Part shown: positions 1 through 8,492 of the stretch, one piece after another
How the letters are laid out: every line of letters starts with the position of its first letter
Numbering within the stretch: the first letter of the stretch is position 1
Virus genome (UHGV): UHGV-0153413
Strand: one strand, 5' to 3'
DNA length: 14,300 nucleotides
DNA from: a virus
Notes under the pieces: generated by a model
The model's input: only the letters and a program-made list of their open reading frames with translations
The model's database searches: none
Told to the model about the DNA's origin: nothing
Translations under genes and position numbers: made by a program

Positions 1-338
1 TGCTCTGCCATCCAGTTGAATGCTGCGATATAGCTCTCCTTGATTGCCGCAGCAGCTTTCCCGGTGAACCCCATCACAACCATGATCCAGCCATCTTTCG
101 TCAGGCTGTACATCGGGCGAACCTTGCCCTGCTCATCGATATAATCAGCCGACGCAAAATTGCGTTGGCTAAACTCACGCGAGCAATCAGCCTTAACCTG
201 CTCGATTTTCCTGAGAACATCACCGTGTCGCTTGCCGAAGTACTTGGCAATTTTTCTGGATGTGGTAACGACCTCTCCGTTTTTGGCTTGCACCATTTCT
301 CGGAAGTCGAAGGCTGGAATAACTGAATGATTATTCAT
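1..338 (-). CDS. Rha-family phage regulatory protein, N-terminal part (C-terminus runs off the window start)
   Basis: Minus-strand ORF starting at ATG 338..336 (MNNHSVIPAFDFREMV...). N-terminus contains SRKIAKYFGKRHGDVLRKI, which resembles the Rha-domain motif (GKxHxxVLRxI) as I recall it. Sits downstream of Rz after a terminator. Confidence 0.55.
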   Translation of the reverse strand, partial: MNNHSVIPAFDFREMVQAKNGEVVTTSRKIAKYFGKRHGDVLRKIEQVKADCSREFSQRNFASADYIDEQGKVRPMYSLTKDGWIMVVMGFTGKAAAAIKESYIAAFNWMAE

Positions 339-487
339 AGCGTCTTTACCTTTTAGAAAGTGAGCCTGTCTCACAGAAAAGCCGCCCCGAGATGGTCGCC
401 ACCATATACGACAGTTCTCAGGCTCAACTTTCTGAAAGGCTCGGGTGATGTAATATGCGCGTGAGATGCGCTGTGAAATTCAGATGT

Positions 488-511
488 AAAAAAAGCCCCG
501 CATCGCGAGGC
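488..511 (-). terminator. Rho-independent terminator downstream of Rz
   Basis: On the minus strand: GCCUCGC, loop GAU, GCGGGGC (7-bp stem with one G-U pair) followed directly by seven U. On the plus strand this reads as A7 (488-494) then the stem (495-511). Confidence 0.7.
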
Positions 512-545
512 TCATTAAATGGACTTTGTGATTTGCAAAAAAAAA

Positions 546-983
546 TTATTTCAGGCATTGCGTCCTGATGTACTCCTGCAGGTAGTTAACCTGCGCAGTT
601 ATCCTGTCGATTCCACTTCGGAGACGGTAATAATTGAGTTCAGCATCTGCTGTAAGTCTTGGGCTTTCTCCATCGCCCATGCTGCTGGCTCCGGTCGTTG
701 ACTTTGCACAGGTGGCGGCGACTTGCAGGCGCTTACGACCAGCAGAAACATCAGCACGGAGACTTTCGATAGTCGCGTTAGCATCAGCAAGCTCCTTTGT
801 GTATCTGGCGTCGAGTTCTGCTACATCACGTTGACGCTTCTGCATGTCAGCGATAGTAGATGCGGCTTTGTCGCGCTGCTCTTTGTAGGCGATGGCGTTA
901 TCACGGTAATGATTAACAGCCCATGACAGGCAGACGATGATGCAGATAACCAGAGCGGAGATAATCGCGGTTACTCTGCTCAT
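546..983 (-). CDS. Rz: Rz i-spanin (inner-membrane spanin)
   Basis: 145-aa [34 protein letters not shown]..., matching lambda Rz from memory (N-terminal TM helix then coiled coil). Start overlaps the R stop (ATGA). Confidence 0.9.
   Translation of the reverse strand: MSRVTAIISALVICIIVCLSWAVNHYRDNAIAYKEQRDKAASTIADMQKRQRDVAELDARYTKELADANATIESLRADVSAGRKRLQVAATCAKSTTGASSMGDGESPRLTADAELNYYRLRSGIDRITAQVNYLQEYIRTQCLK
599..790 (-). CDS. Rz1: Rz1 o-spanin lipoprotein, embedded out of frame inside Rz
   Basis: 63-aa ORF wholly inside Rz in another frame. Signal peptide with lipobox LVVSAC followed by the proline-rich [16 protein letters not shown], as in lambda Rz1. The exact start Met was not determined. 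Confidence 0.7.
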   Translation of the reverse strand: MLMLTRLSKVSVLMFLLVVSACKSPPPVQSQRPEPAAWAMEKAQDLQQMLNSIITVSEVESTG

Positions 984-1456
984 ACCTCAATCTCTCTGAC
1001 TGTTCCGCCAGCTTCTTTGAATTTTGCAATCAGGCTGTCAGCCTTATGCTCGAACTGGCCATAACCAGCCCCGGGCAACGAAGCCCAGATATTGCTGCAA
1101 CGGTCGATTGCCTGACGGATATCACCGCGATCAATCATCGGCAAAGCGCCACGCTCTTTAATCTGTTGCAATGCCACAGCGTCCTGGCTTTTCGGAGAGA
1201 AGTCTTTCAGGCCAAGCTGCTTACGGTATGCATCCCACCAACGTGAAAGAAGCTGGTAACGTCCGGCGGCTGTTGATTTGAGTTTCGGGTTTAGCGTGAC
1301 AAGTTTTCGAGGGTGATCGGAGTAATCAGTGAATAGCTCTCCGCCTACAATGACGTCATAACCATGATTTCTGGTTTTCTGACGTCCGTTATCAGTTCCC
1401 TCTGACCACGCCAGCATATCGAGGAACGCCTTACGTTGATTATTGATTTCCACCAT
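980..1456 (-). CDS. R: Endolysin R (lambda-type lytic transglycosylase)
   Basis: 158-aa [54 protein letters not shown]..., essentially identical to lambda R as recalled. Confidence 0.93.
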   Translation of the reverse strand: MVEINNQRKAFLDMLAWSEGTDNGRQKTRNHGYDVIVGGELFTDYSDHPRKLVTLNPKLKSTAAGRYQLLSRWWDAYRKQLGLKDFSPKSQDAVALQQIKERGALPMIDRGDIRQAIDRCSNIWASLPGAGYGQFEHKADSLIAKFKEAGGTVREIEV

Positions 1457-1763
1457 CTTCTACTCCGGCTTTTTTAGCAGCGAAGCGTTTGATAAGCGAA
1501 CCAATCGAGTCAGTGCCGATGTAGCCGATGAACACGCTCGTTATATAAGCGAGATTGCTACTTAGTCCGGCGAAGTCGAGAAGGTCACGAATGAACCAGG
1601 CGATAATGGCGCACATCGTTGCGTCGATTACTGTTTTTGTAAACGCACCGCCATTATATCTGCCGCGAAGGTACGCCATTGCAAACGCAAGGATTGCCCC
1701 GATGCCTTGTTCCTTTGCCGCGAGAATGGCGGCTAACAGGTCATTTTTTTCTGGCATCTTCAT
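1440..1763 (-). CDS. S: Class I holin S with dual start (antiholin/holin, Met1 and Met3)
   Basis: 107-aa [44 protein letters not shown]..., near-identical to lambda S from memory. The MKM dual-start motif is present. Overlaps the R start. Confidence 0.93.
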   Translation of the reverse strand: MKMPEKNDLLAAILAAKEQGIGAILAFAMAYLRGRYNGGAFTKTVIDATMCAIIAWFIRDLLDFAGLSSNLAYITSVFIGYIGTDSIGSLIKRFAAKKAGVEDGGNQ

Positions 1764-1888
1764 GTCTTACCCCCAATAAGGGGATTTGCTCTATTTAATT
1801 AGGAATAAGGTCGATTACTGATAGAACAAATCCAGGCTACTGTGTTTAGTAATCAGATTTGTTCGTGACCGATATGCACGGGCAAAAC

Positions 1889-1918
1889 GGCATGAGGTTG
1901 TTAGCGCAACCTCATGCC
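1889..1918 (-). other. Perfect 12-bp stem-loop in the late leader upstream of S
   Basis: Plus strand ggcatgaggttg / ttagcg / caacctcatgcc, a perfect inverted repeat. On the minus-strand transcript it is followed by GUUUUGCCC. Confidence 0.4.
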
Positions 1919-2203
1919 ACCCGCTTTCACGAAGGTCATGTGTAGAAGGCCGCAGCATAACTATCACTGATGAATTCAGGATAGCCAGTGGCTACGGCTC
2001 AGTTTGGATTGTGGCGACCGGTGCTGATCTCCGGTTTGCTGCAACTGCCTACAGCGGGCTACGTGGCCACACCGAATCCAGCGAAAGATTCTTGCCCTTA
2101 CACATCAGCCTGTGCATTCACCACAACGATAAGAGCACTGCGCGGCACCTTTCACCAATTCCGCGAGGTCTGCGGGTTCAATGCTCTTACCTGTTATGCA
2201 AAC

Positions 2204-2245
2204 AAAAAAAGCCACCGTTGCAACTTAAGAGTCACTAACGGCAGC
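2204..2245 (-). terminator. Candidate tR'-like terminator just downstream of the Q gene
   Basis: Minus strand GCUGCCGUU, 17-nt loop, AACGGUGGC (9 bp including two G-U pairs), then U7. Lambda-like sequence (CATAACAGGTAAGAGCATTGA...) begins immediately after the U-tract. Confidence 0.5.
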
Positions 2246-2255
2246 TTACCCTCTA

Positions 2256-2285
2256 ATTATGGCTAAATGGCTAATTGCATGTCAA
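2256..2285 (-). promoter_or_regulatory. Candidate late promoter pR' (-35 TTGACA, 18-bp spacer, -10 CATAAT)
   Basis: Minus strand ccTTGACAtgcaattagccatttagcCATAATtagaggg. The -35 lies in the last codons of Q and the -10 just after the Q stop, in the expected position for a Q-modified promoter. Confidence 0.5.
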
Positions 2286-2781
2286 GGCTTTTAACAGCAA
2301 CATGCTTAACTTTCTCAACACGTTTACGCATTTTGAAAGCATTTTGCATTGGCTGGTATAAAACAAATAATGACGCTTTCAGGATGTCGTCAATTTCGTT
2401 TCTACAGGTTGCCAGTGAAGGTTTTCTCCATCCCTCGCCACCACGTCCACACATCTTGCGTGGCTTTGCAGTCGCGTGATAGTAGGATGCAATTGCTCGC
2501 TTAGATGAACCATGAGCGTAGTAGCTGAGGAGGATGCCAAAGGCTTTCTTGTCAATGTACATGACGGAATCGACGACCTGAGAAATCAACATTCCATCAT
2601 CATCATTACACATTGGCCTTGTCATAACTCTTCCCGGCTCTACGCTCTCCATGAACTTCGCTATTACGCTGCTCATGCGCTTTTCCAGACGACCTGAATA
2701 AACCCATGCGCCCCACAGTTCAAGCCAGCCATTCAGCCACTCATGCTGTTCTTTGGTGAGGTTTAGTTCTCTTATGCCCAC
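2263..2781 (-). CDS. Q: Late-gene antiterminator Q (not the lambda Q type)
   Basis: 172-aa ORF immediately upstream of the late promoter and S, in the Q position after ninI. GTG start with RBS GGGAGAAGG, overlapping the ninI stop. Does not resemble lambda Q as recalled, so it likely belongs to another Q family (21/82/P22 gp23-like); family not determined. Confidence 0.7.
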   Translation of the reverse strand: MGIRELNLTKEQHEWLNGWLELWGAWVYSGRLEKRMSSVIAKFMESVEPGRVMTRPMCNDDDGMLISQVVDSVMYIDKKAFGILLSYYAHGSSKRAIASYYHATAKPRKMCGRGGEGWRKPSLATCRNEIDDILKASLFVLYQPMQNAFKMRKRVEKVKHVAVKSLDMQLAI

Positions 2782-3443
2782 GCGCCTTCTCCCTGTACCT
2801 GAATCAATGTGAGGTTTCCGCAGAACACTGCGCCGGTATCGATATACATCTGGTTGGAAAACTTGAGTGGTTTCACTGCTGGCGTATGACCAAAGATGAA
2901 CGTGTCCGTGCCTTTGATTTCTTTCACGATCCCGTCTTGTGAGTTGCTGATTCGTTCGCGGTTCCAGATTACCTGCTGATGATCAACTGGCTTTCCAAAC
3001 TCGTATTCGTCACAAGGATAATCGGCGTGGCAGATGACATATTTTTTATCTTTGCTCACCAGTTCGATGATTAACGGAAGTTCATCTGCTTTATGGGCAA
3101 GAGCTTTAGCCAGAATTTCTTTGTCGTAATCGAGATTAAAGAACCAGCCACCGCCATTAAGCATCCAGTGATTGACGTTTCCGCGCTCTGATAAGCCATC
3201 AATCATCATTTGCTCATGGTTTCCACGTACAGCTCTGAACCAGGGGAATGTGATTAATTCCAGGCATTCGACGTTCTCTGTACCGCGATCGACCAAATCG
3301 CCAACCGAGATAAGCAGGTCTTTTTTGGTGTCGAATCCTATCGTCTCCAGTTTTTTCATCAGGTTCGTGTAGCATCCGTGCAGATCGCCAACTACCCAAA
3401 TATTTCGGTATTTGCTGCCATCAATTCTTTCGTAATAGCGCAT
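2772..3443 (-). CDS. ninI: NinI Ser/Thr protein phosphatase (lambda PPase)
   Basis: [29 protein letters not shown]...GNHE... carries the calcineurin-like metallophosphatase motifs GDLHG, GDLVDRG and GNHE. Near-identical to lambda orf221 from memory. ATG at 3443..3441 with RBS GGAG; the 248-aa track ORF is an upstream extension. Confidence 0.9.
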   Translation of the reverse strand: MRYYERIDGSKYRNIWVVGDLHGCYTNLMKKLETIGFDTKKDLLISVGDLVDRGTENVECLELITFPWFRAVRGNHEQMMIDGLSERGNVNHWMLNGGGWFFNLDYDKEILAKALAHKADELPLIIELVSKDKKYVICHADYPCDEYEFGKPVDHQQVIWNRERISNSQDGIVKEIKGTDTFIFGHTPAVKPLKFSNQMYIDTGAVFCGNLTLIQVQGEGAWA

Positions 3444-3627
3444 CTCTTTCACTCCATCCGCGATGAACCATGAGAACGTCGTTGACGATGGCGTGCATTT
3501 TCCCGTCTTTATCATCAACGTATTTTCTGACCGTACCGCGACTACATTTCAGTCTGCGTGCTACTTCTGTCTGGTTTCCGTATGCTTCAACGAGCATGTC
3601 TGGAATGGTTTTTACTGAGAACGTCAT
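3421..3627 (-). CDS. ninH: NinH
   Basis: 68-aa [40 protein letters not shown]..., matching lambda NinH from memory (HTH-like). Overlaps the ninI start. Confidence 0.85.
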   Translation of the reverse strand: MTFSVKTIPDMLVEAYGNQTEVARRLKCSRGTVRKYVDDKDGKMHAIVNDVLMVHRGWSERDALLRKN

Positions 3628-4235
3628 GCGGCCTCACTTCTGCTATTTCGCAGGTCTTTGAGTTTCTGCTGATACTCCGCCTTGATGGCCCTGCACTCTT
3701 CGACAGTCCAGCGATGGCGGTTATGGTTTGATTCGATTTCGTCTACTGCTTCCTGCCCGATGCGATTAATCAGTTCGACGCGATACGGAACGAGATTTCC
3801 GCTTTTGTGCTGGTTGCACACCACGCATTGCTTGTGAATATTGCGTTCATCAAATCGGAGTTGAGGTGCCGCAGCAGTTGTCCGGTAATGCCCGGCATCC
3901 CACTGAGCAGACGTGAGCGTTCCGCACGAGATACATGGTAAGTCGCGGTCTCTTTCTCTGATGAAGGCGTTTACGGCTTGCTGGGCTTGTTTAATCCAGT
4001 AACTGCGGGGCTTTAAGGCGAGTTTTCGAATCTTCAGTTTATCTTTCTGTTTCTGCTCCTCTCGTCGTCGTTTCTTCTCTGCTGCTTTTTCCGCTTTTTC
4101 GCGTTCTTTGCTTCGTCGTTCGAGTGCTATCTTTGTTCCACACTCTGGAGAGCACCACCACTGATTAGCGAATGCAGGGTGAAACCATTCCCGACATTCT
4201 TCGTTTTTACATCGTCTTCGCGCTGGTTTAGCCAT
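3624..4235 (-). CDS. ninG: NinG (Rap) recombination-promoting endonuclease
   Basis: 203-aa [36 protein letters not shown]... with Cys-rich N- and C-terminal motifs, matching lambda NinG/Rap from memory. Confidence 0.9.
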   Translation of the reverse strand: MAKPARRRCKNEECREWFHPAFANQWWCSPECGTKIALERRSKEREKAEKAAEKKRRREEQKQKDKLKIRKLALKPRSYWIKQAQQAVNAFIRERDRDLPCISCGTLTSAQWDAGHYRTTAAAPQLRFDERNIHKQCVVCNQHKSGNLVPYRVELINRIGQEAVDEIESNHNRHRWTVEECRAIKAEYQQKLKDLRNSRSEAA

Positions 4236-4404
4236 CGTCTTCTTCCTCGTGCATCGAGCTATTCGGATCGCTCATCAGTTCTGCGCAGCAGTGCTCACAC
4301 ACGTGAACTTCCAGCACATGCAGCTTCTGACCGCAGTTAGCGCACGTTAAAGCCCGCTCGACGCTTTCTTTCTGGTATTGAAGGGATTGGGATGGACTAA
4401 GCAT
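4228..4404 (-). CDS. ninF: NinF
   Basis: Internal start [43 protein letters not shown]... (58 aa) matches lambda NinF from memory. The 77-aa track ORF is an upstream extension. Confidence 0.75.
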   Translation of the reverse strand: MLSPSQSLQYQKESVERALTCANCGQKLHVLEVHVCEHCCAELMSDPNSSMHEEEDDG

Positions 4405-4804
4405 GGCTTTCACCATTAAAAAGTCGCTTGTAAGCATCAATGTCTCGTTTTGCTTCACCAAGCTTTCGTCTTAATTCCATGTTTTCTGATTCAAGCTTTT
4501 CCATGTCTTGCTGGTATCGATCGCGGTGTTCTTTCCATGCTTTTCGATACGCCTTCATGTATGTCGTATTGGCCTTTCTCTTTGCCTGACGAACTGCGTG
4601 GTGGTTTTTCACAAACCAGTCAGGGTCGTTAAATGCTGCTCTGGCGCATGTATACCAATAATTTGTTGCCTCCCTGTTTAGCCAATAAATACTGATAAAT
4701 GGCAACTGGATAGACACCATTTTTCGTTGAGACTCTTTCTCGCCAAACATGTGCCCTTTTTTGATGCTAAGGCCAAATCCAGGTTGAATTAAAAGCATTG
4801 TCAT
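4397..4804 (-). CDS. Hypothetical protein in the NinX position (between ninE and ninF)
   Basis: 135-aa [28 protein letters not shown]... Its ATG overlaps the ninE stop (ATGA). Lambda has no gene here; P22-like nin regions carry ninX at this spot. Homology to NinX not verified. Confidence 0.5.
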   Translation of the reverse strand: MTMLLIQPGFGLSIKKGHMFGEKESQRKMVSIQLPFISIYWLNREATNYWYTCARAAFNDPDWFVKNHHAVRQAKRKANTTYMKAYRKAWKEHRDRYQQDMEKLESENMELRRKLGEAKRDIDAYKRLFNGESHA

Positions 4805-4977
4805 TTCCTCGCACGATGTCTTAGCCACCGGATATCCCACAGGTGAGCCGTGTAATTGAAGGTTTTTACGTCAGATTCTTTTGGGATTGGCTTGCGTTTA
4901 TTTCTGGAGCGTTTCGTTGGAAGGTATTTGCAGTTTTCGCAGATTATGTCGGTGATACTTCGTCGCTGTCGTCTCAT
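4801..4977 (-). CDS. ninE: NinE
   Basis: Internal start [51 protein letters not shown]... matches lambda NinE from memory. Confidence 0.8.
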   Translation of the reverse strand: MRRQRRSITDIICENCKYLPTKRSRNKRKPIPKESDVKTFNYTAHLWDIRWLRHRARK

Positions 4978-5384
4978 TCGTACCTCCTGTCGGTAAATCT
5001 GACACCCTGACCAATAGCCCATGCTGTCGTGTACTCAATCAGGCTTGCCATGCGCTTCACGCTCATCTGCGCGCTACTTTCGCGAATGTTGACGTATTCG
5101 CCTTCAAGCCCGGGCAAAACATCAGCTTCCTGCTTTGTTGCCACTGCATGACCGCTGATCAACAAAACCTTCCATTGTTCTGGTTTTAACCATTTATCGC
5201 ACCATTGAACCTGACGTGCGATATCCGCCAGCATCGCGTGAAATTTTGCGTTCTGGTCAAGGTTGCGCTTGTAGTCAGTAATGCGGATGGTGACTGGCTT
5301 GTCTTTATCGAGTGGTGTTGCGAGGATGGCATTTATTGCAGCTTGCTGTTGTTGCTTAGTTCGGAGGAAGATTGTTTGCTTCAT
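4974..5384 (-). CDS. ninB: NinB (Orf family recombination mediator), divergent from lambda
   Basis: 136-aa ORF with NRSLDQN-like core ([29 protein letters not shown]) similar to lambda NinB/Orf as recalled. Sits in the ninB position. Confidence 0.7.
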   Translation of the reverse strand: MKQTIFLRTKQQQQAAINAILATPLDKDKPVTIRITDYKRNLDQNAKFHAMLADIARQVQWCDKWLKPEQWKVLLISGHAVATKQEADVLPGLEGEYVNIRESSAQMSVKRMASLIEYTTAWAIGQGVRFTDRRYE

Positions 5385-5386
5385 CG

Positions 5387-5779
5387 TTACTCCTTCACTT
5401 TGACTCCAGCAGCGCGGATGGCGCTCTGCACCTCGCTTACATACAGATATGGGGTTCGCCCACTATGCATGGTAAAGCTTTCAGGAAGCTCAATCTCGAT
5501 AGCTGCTCGCGATGCCTGCCACGTTTGCCAGTGGCCTTGAACATCGTCCATCACGTATTGACCACCAATATTACCGCTGCCAATTTCATGGTGATTTTCA
5601 GGGTAACGGATAAGGTCTGAAGATTCGCCCCCACGTCGTAACCAACTCTCTTCAAACTGGCATCTGCTTTCGTCATCTTTCATAAGGCAGTCACATTCAA
5701 TAAAAATCGGCTCTCCCCAAGAAGTAGAACCTCCGCTATCACACATTCCTGTGTTATTGCACTTTTGGCACTTGCTCAC
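5387..5779 (-). CDS. Hypothetical Cys-rich protein (putative zinc-binding)
   Basis: 130-aa ORF, GTG start preceded by RBS GGAGG at 5-nt spacing. N-terminal CQKC...C...ECDC cysteine cluster. No family recognised. Confidence 0.55.
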   Translation of the reverse strand: MSKCQKCNNTGMCDSGGSTSWGEPIFIECDCLMKDDESRCQFEESWLRRGGESSDLIRYPENHHEIGSGNIGGQYVMDDVQGHWQTWQASRAAIEIELPESFTMHSGRTPYLYVSEVQSAIRAAGVKVKE

Positions 5780-5791
5780 ATTAACCTCCGA

Positions 5792-5998
5792 TTAACTCAC
5801 AAAACGCCACGCCATTTTTGCTACAGCGACAGGCATAACACCGATAATCACCCAGACAAATGCAGCGCCAAACAACGTATACCATGGGTCTTTACCGTCA
5901 TTCACAAGACGAATGTAGCTATGCAGAACAATAAAAAACGTCAGAAGAATCCATCCAACGCCAACGCATTTGAATGCGACGAGCATAAACTCAGCCAC
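5792..5998 (-). CDS. Small predicted membrane protein (about 2 TM)
   Basis: 68-aa ORF, GTG start with RBS GGGGGAGAG immediately after the tR2-like terminator. Two hydrophobic stretches (VGVGWILLTFFIVL; LFGAAFVWVIIGVMPVAVA). Confidence 0.5.
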   Translation of the reverse strand: MAEFMLVAFKCVGVGWILLTFFIVLHSYIRLVNDGKDPWYTLFGAAFVWVIIGVMPVAVAKMAWRFVS

Positions 5999-6011
5999 GA
6001 TTTACTCTCCC

Positions 6012-6045
6012 CCAAATAAAAAGGCCTGCGATTACCAGCAGGCCT
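6012..6045 (-). terminator. tR2-like rho-independent terminator between the replication genes and the nin region
   Basis: Minus strand AGGCCUGC / UGGUAAUC / GCAGGCCU (perfect 8-bp stem) followed by UUUUAUUUG. Same position as lambda tR2. Confidence 0.7.
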
Positions 6046-6070
6046 GTTATTAGCTCAGTGACGTAGATGG

Positions 6071-7447
6071 TCATACGTCAGCCCCTTGTGCATATCGTCT
6101 GCCACGCGCAGCGGGCGCATTTGATGCTGTGCAAATCTGTCTGGCTTCATCCTGGTCACATGCAACAAAGTGTCCGTTGCAGAACCGCTGGTAAACCGTA
6201 CCAAGCGAGCCAAAACGGTTTTTTGTCACAATGATTTCAGCAAATGGTGCGGCGCTACTGTTCTCGTCATATACCGCTTCCCGATAGAGCATGATGATTG
6301 AGTCTGCGTCCTGTTCAATGCTTCCTGAATCACGCAAATCTGCGTTTGTCGGGCGTTTGTTTGGTCGCTTCTCAACATCGCGCGAAAGCTGACTCAGGGA
6401 GATAACTGGCGTTTTCAGGTCTTTCGCCATCGCCTTCAGGCTTCCGGAGATGTGAGCAATTGCGAGGTCGTTGCGGTCTGCTTTCGGCTTCTCAATCAGG
6501 CCAAGATAATCCGCCATGATGAGTGACAGGTTTGGATTTTCCTGTTTGTGCCGTTCTGCGATTGAGCGTATTTCTTCGACCGATAACCGCGAGGCATCGA
6601 CTACCCATACATCCAAATCTGCAAGCTGACTCATGCCGTTAGCAACACGCGCCCAGCCTTCGTCATCCATCGATGCAGGATTTCGCAGCACGCTAACCGA
6701 CATCCTCCCGGCGTTGGCAATGCTTCGCTCTGCAATCTGCAATGCGCTCATTTCCATTGAGAAAATCAATACCCCGCGCCGGACGTCAGAACCAGGAATA
6801 ACGCGGCTTGCCACGCCTTCGGCAATCTTCAGAGCCAGTTCGGTTTTCCCCATACCAGGACGAGCAGCGATTATCACCAGGTCTTCCGCGTTCATCCCTC
6901 CGGTGATGGCATCAAGTTCTTCGATTCCGGTCTTCAGGGTATCTGACTCTTCTCCGTTCCTCAGACGCCTGTCAAGCGTGTCGGTGTAGTCAGTGATGAT
7001 TTCCCCTAACCGTACAGGTTTAACCTCGTCACGGGGCTTTCTGATGGCTGAGAGACGCTTTACAAGCTCATCCATCGCCTGACTCGATGCGTCGATGGTT
7101 CCGCTCTGAATTGGTTCACGCATTTCATCCATGATTTCCAGCACCAGACGGCGGTGATAGTTATCCGCGACCATTCCGGCATATCCCTTCAGGTTTGCGG
7201 CACTCGGGCAGTTCTTACTGGTCATCAGGATTGACGTGAAATGCTCCTCTCCGCACGCCTCGGCAACCATCAGCGCATCGATTAGGTTTCTGTTTCTCGC
7301 CTGCTTGCGGATAACCTCGAAGGCTTTCCGGTAGAGCGGAATTGAAAACGCTTCCGGCTCCAGTGTTGCCAGAACGTCGCTGGCGGTTGGAGTTAATCCA
7401 CCAATCAGCAGGCCACCGATAACGCTCGCTTCGATATCCTGTCTCAT
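6071..7447 (-). CDS. DnaB-family replicative DNA helicase (P22 gene 12-like, replaces lambda P)
   Basis: 458-aa ORF with Walker A GMGKT ([15 protein letters not shown]) and DnaB-type downstream motifs. Start overlaps the O-like stop (ATGA). Confidence 0.9.
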   Translation of the reverse strand: MRQDIEASVIGGLLIGGLTPTASDVLATLEPEAFSIPLYRKAFEVIRKQARNRNLIDALMVAEACGEEHFTSILMTSKNCPSAANLKGYAGMVADNYHRRLVLEIMDEMREPIQSGTIDASSQAMDELVKRLSAIRKPRDEVKPVRLGEIITDYTDTLDRRLRNGEESDTLKTGIEELDAITGGMNAEDLVIIAARPGMGKTELALKIAEGVASRVIPGSDVRRGVLIFSMEMSALQIAERSIANAGRMSVSVLRNPASMDDEGWARVANGMSQLADLDVWVVDASRLSVEEIRSIAERHKQENPNLSLIMADYLGLIEKPKADRNDLAIAHISGSLKAMAKDLKTPVISLSQLSRDVEKRPNKRPTNADLRDSGSIEQDADSIIMLYREAVYDENSSAAPFAEIIVTKNRFGSLGTVYQRFCNGHFVACDQDEARQICTASNAPAARGRRYAQGADV

Positions 7448-8265
7448 GCAATCCCCCTGTCTGCAAACTTCCCTTCCCGAACTCCCGTTAACGAGTCTTC
7501 CCTCAGCAGGTAATCAAAATCTGCCGTCCAGCCCGTGTCGTTGTCTCCGAAGTAAAACGGCTTGGCCTGATGCACAAACGCCCTGACATACGCTCTGAAA
7601 CCGTCCACGTTTGGCGTTTTCAGTTGCGGGATGATTTTCTTCAGGCGGCGTTTGCGTTTCTCGTTGACCGCAACAGCATGTGGAAGTCTGTCACCGACTT
7701 CGGTGTTGTAGGCGTTCAGGAAGGATTCATAGTCGATTCGTTCTGCCTTGCGACGTTCAGGTTTAACCTGCCCATCGCCGCCCCCGTTAGGGGGTAAGGG
7801 GGTATTTGTATTTATTGTCTTTTGTATATTGTCTTTTGTGTTTAGCTGACTTGGCTTATACCCATTAGCCGACTTGGCTAATGTTTTATTAGCTGTTTTA
7901 GCTAATGTTAAGCTGTCCTGGCTAATCCACTGAGAAACCACCTTGTTCACTCCGATTTTCACGCCATCAGCAATGAGGAATTTACGCTCGATAAGCTGGC
8001 GCTTGGCAGCGCAAACATGAGTGTGATGAATACCTGTCATGGCTGCTATCTGCGTGTTTGTGAGTCGATCCATCGGCTTATTGAATCCGTATGTCTTGCG
8101 CATGATAGCGAGCATCACCTTCAGCTGCCGGACGGTTAAATCAGCCATCAGCAGACTGTCGGTAATCTCGTTAGCAACGCGCATGAAACCATCTTCGGTA
8201 TCTGCCACGCGATGCTCCACGACCTCCAGTTGAGGCCTGTAATCAGCTAACTTAACGACGCCCAT
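7444..8265 (-). CDS. Replication initiator (lambda O / P22 gene 18 family)
   Basis: 273-aa ORF. N-terminal domain [33 protein letters not shown] resembles the lambda O N-terminus. The linker region is encoded by the iterons. Confidence 0.85.
   Translation of the reverse strand: MGVVKLADYRPQLEVVEHRVADTEDGFMRVANEITDSLLMADLTVRQLKVMLAIMRKTYGFNKPMDRLTNTQIAAMTGIHHTHVCAAKRQLIERKFLIADGVKIGVNKVVSQWISQDSLTLAKTANKTLAKSANGYKPSQLNTKDNIQKTINTNTPLPPNGGGDGQVKPERRKAERIDYESFLNAYNTEVGDRLPHAVAVNEKRKRRLKKIIPQLKTPNVDGFRAYVRAFVHQAKPFYFGDNDTGWTADFDYLLREDSLTGVREGKFADRGIA
7801..7928. repeat. Origin of replication inside the O-like gene: four iterons plus an AT-rich region
   Basis: Four spaced repeats, each an internal dyad: ttagctgacttggcttata (7842-7860), ttagccgacttggctaatg (7865-7883), ttagctgttttagctaatg (7889-7907), ttaagctgtcctggctaatcc (7908-7928). 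AT-rich tract 7801-7841 with repeated gtcttttgt. Same architecture as lambda ori. Confidence 0.7.
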
Positions 8266-8413
8266 GTTTCACTCCTGCTTTGGCTAGTCTGTAAACACCA
8301 ACAAGGCGCTCTGCGAACGCCCTGTTATTTGCTGCGGCTACCACTAATCCCTCAGGTGAATCAGGGTGTCGAATCTCTTCTTTTTCCTGGTATTTCTTAC
8401 GACGTTTTGTCAT
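8252..8413 (-). CDS. Small basic ORF (53 aa) between cII and the O-like gene
   Basis: Hand-translated (below the ORF-track cut-off): ATG 8413..8411 with RBS GGAG at 5-nt spacing, [53 protein letters not shown]. Its stop overlaps the O-like start by 14 nt. Confidence 0.35.
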   Translation of the reverse strand: MTKRRKKYQEKEEIRHPDSPEGLVVAAANNRAFAERLVGVYRLAKAGVKHGRR

Positions 8414-8422
8414 AATTACTCC

Positions 8423-8492
8423 CGTGGATTGATCCAGTCTTTCTACATTAGGCCTCGAAGAATTCGCCGTTCTTCGGGGCTTTTTCTTTTGT
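8423..8492 (+). ncRNA. oop: Candidate oop-like antisense RNA (pO with extended -10; terminator inside the cII 3' end)
   Basis: Plus strand tTGtCATAAT extended -10 (8408-8416), then about 70 nt later a hairpin cctcgaagaa/ttcttcgggg (8452-8480) followed by cTTTTTcTTTT. Antisense to the cII 3' end, as for lambda oop. Confidence 0.45.

Noticed and set aside
519-926. Plus-strand ORFs of 60-67 aa (519-701, 634-834, 723-926) overlapping Rz and Rz1
   Set aside because: They are antisense to well-supported lysis genes, lack convincing RBSs and have low-complexity products; they look like shadow frames.
1764-2262. tRNA genes or a toxin cassette between Q and S (as in Stx phages)
   Set aside because: No cloverleaf-compatible sequence or T-loop GTTCRANYC motif was found, and no additional ORF; the region reads as a lambda-type late leader.
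1988-2266. Plus-strand ORFs of 92 and 75 aa in the Q to S leader
   Set aside because: They lie antisense within the late leader, which matches lambda non-coding sequence from memory, and have no RBS.
7215-7466. 83-aa minus-strand ORF inside the helicase gene, and the 118-aa plus-strand ORF at 6633-6989
   Set aside because: Alternative-frame and antisense shadow ORFs within a strongly supported DnaB-family gene.
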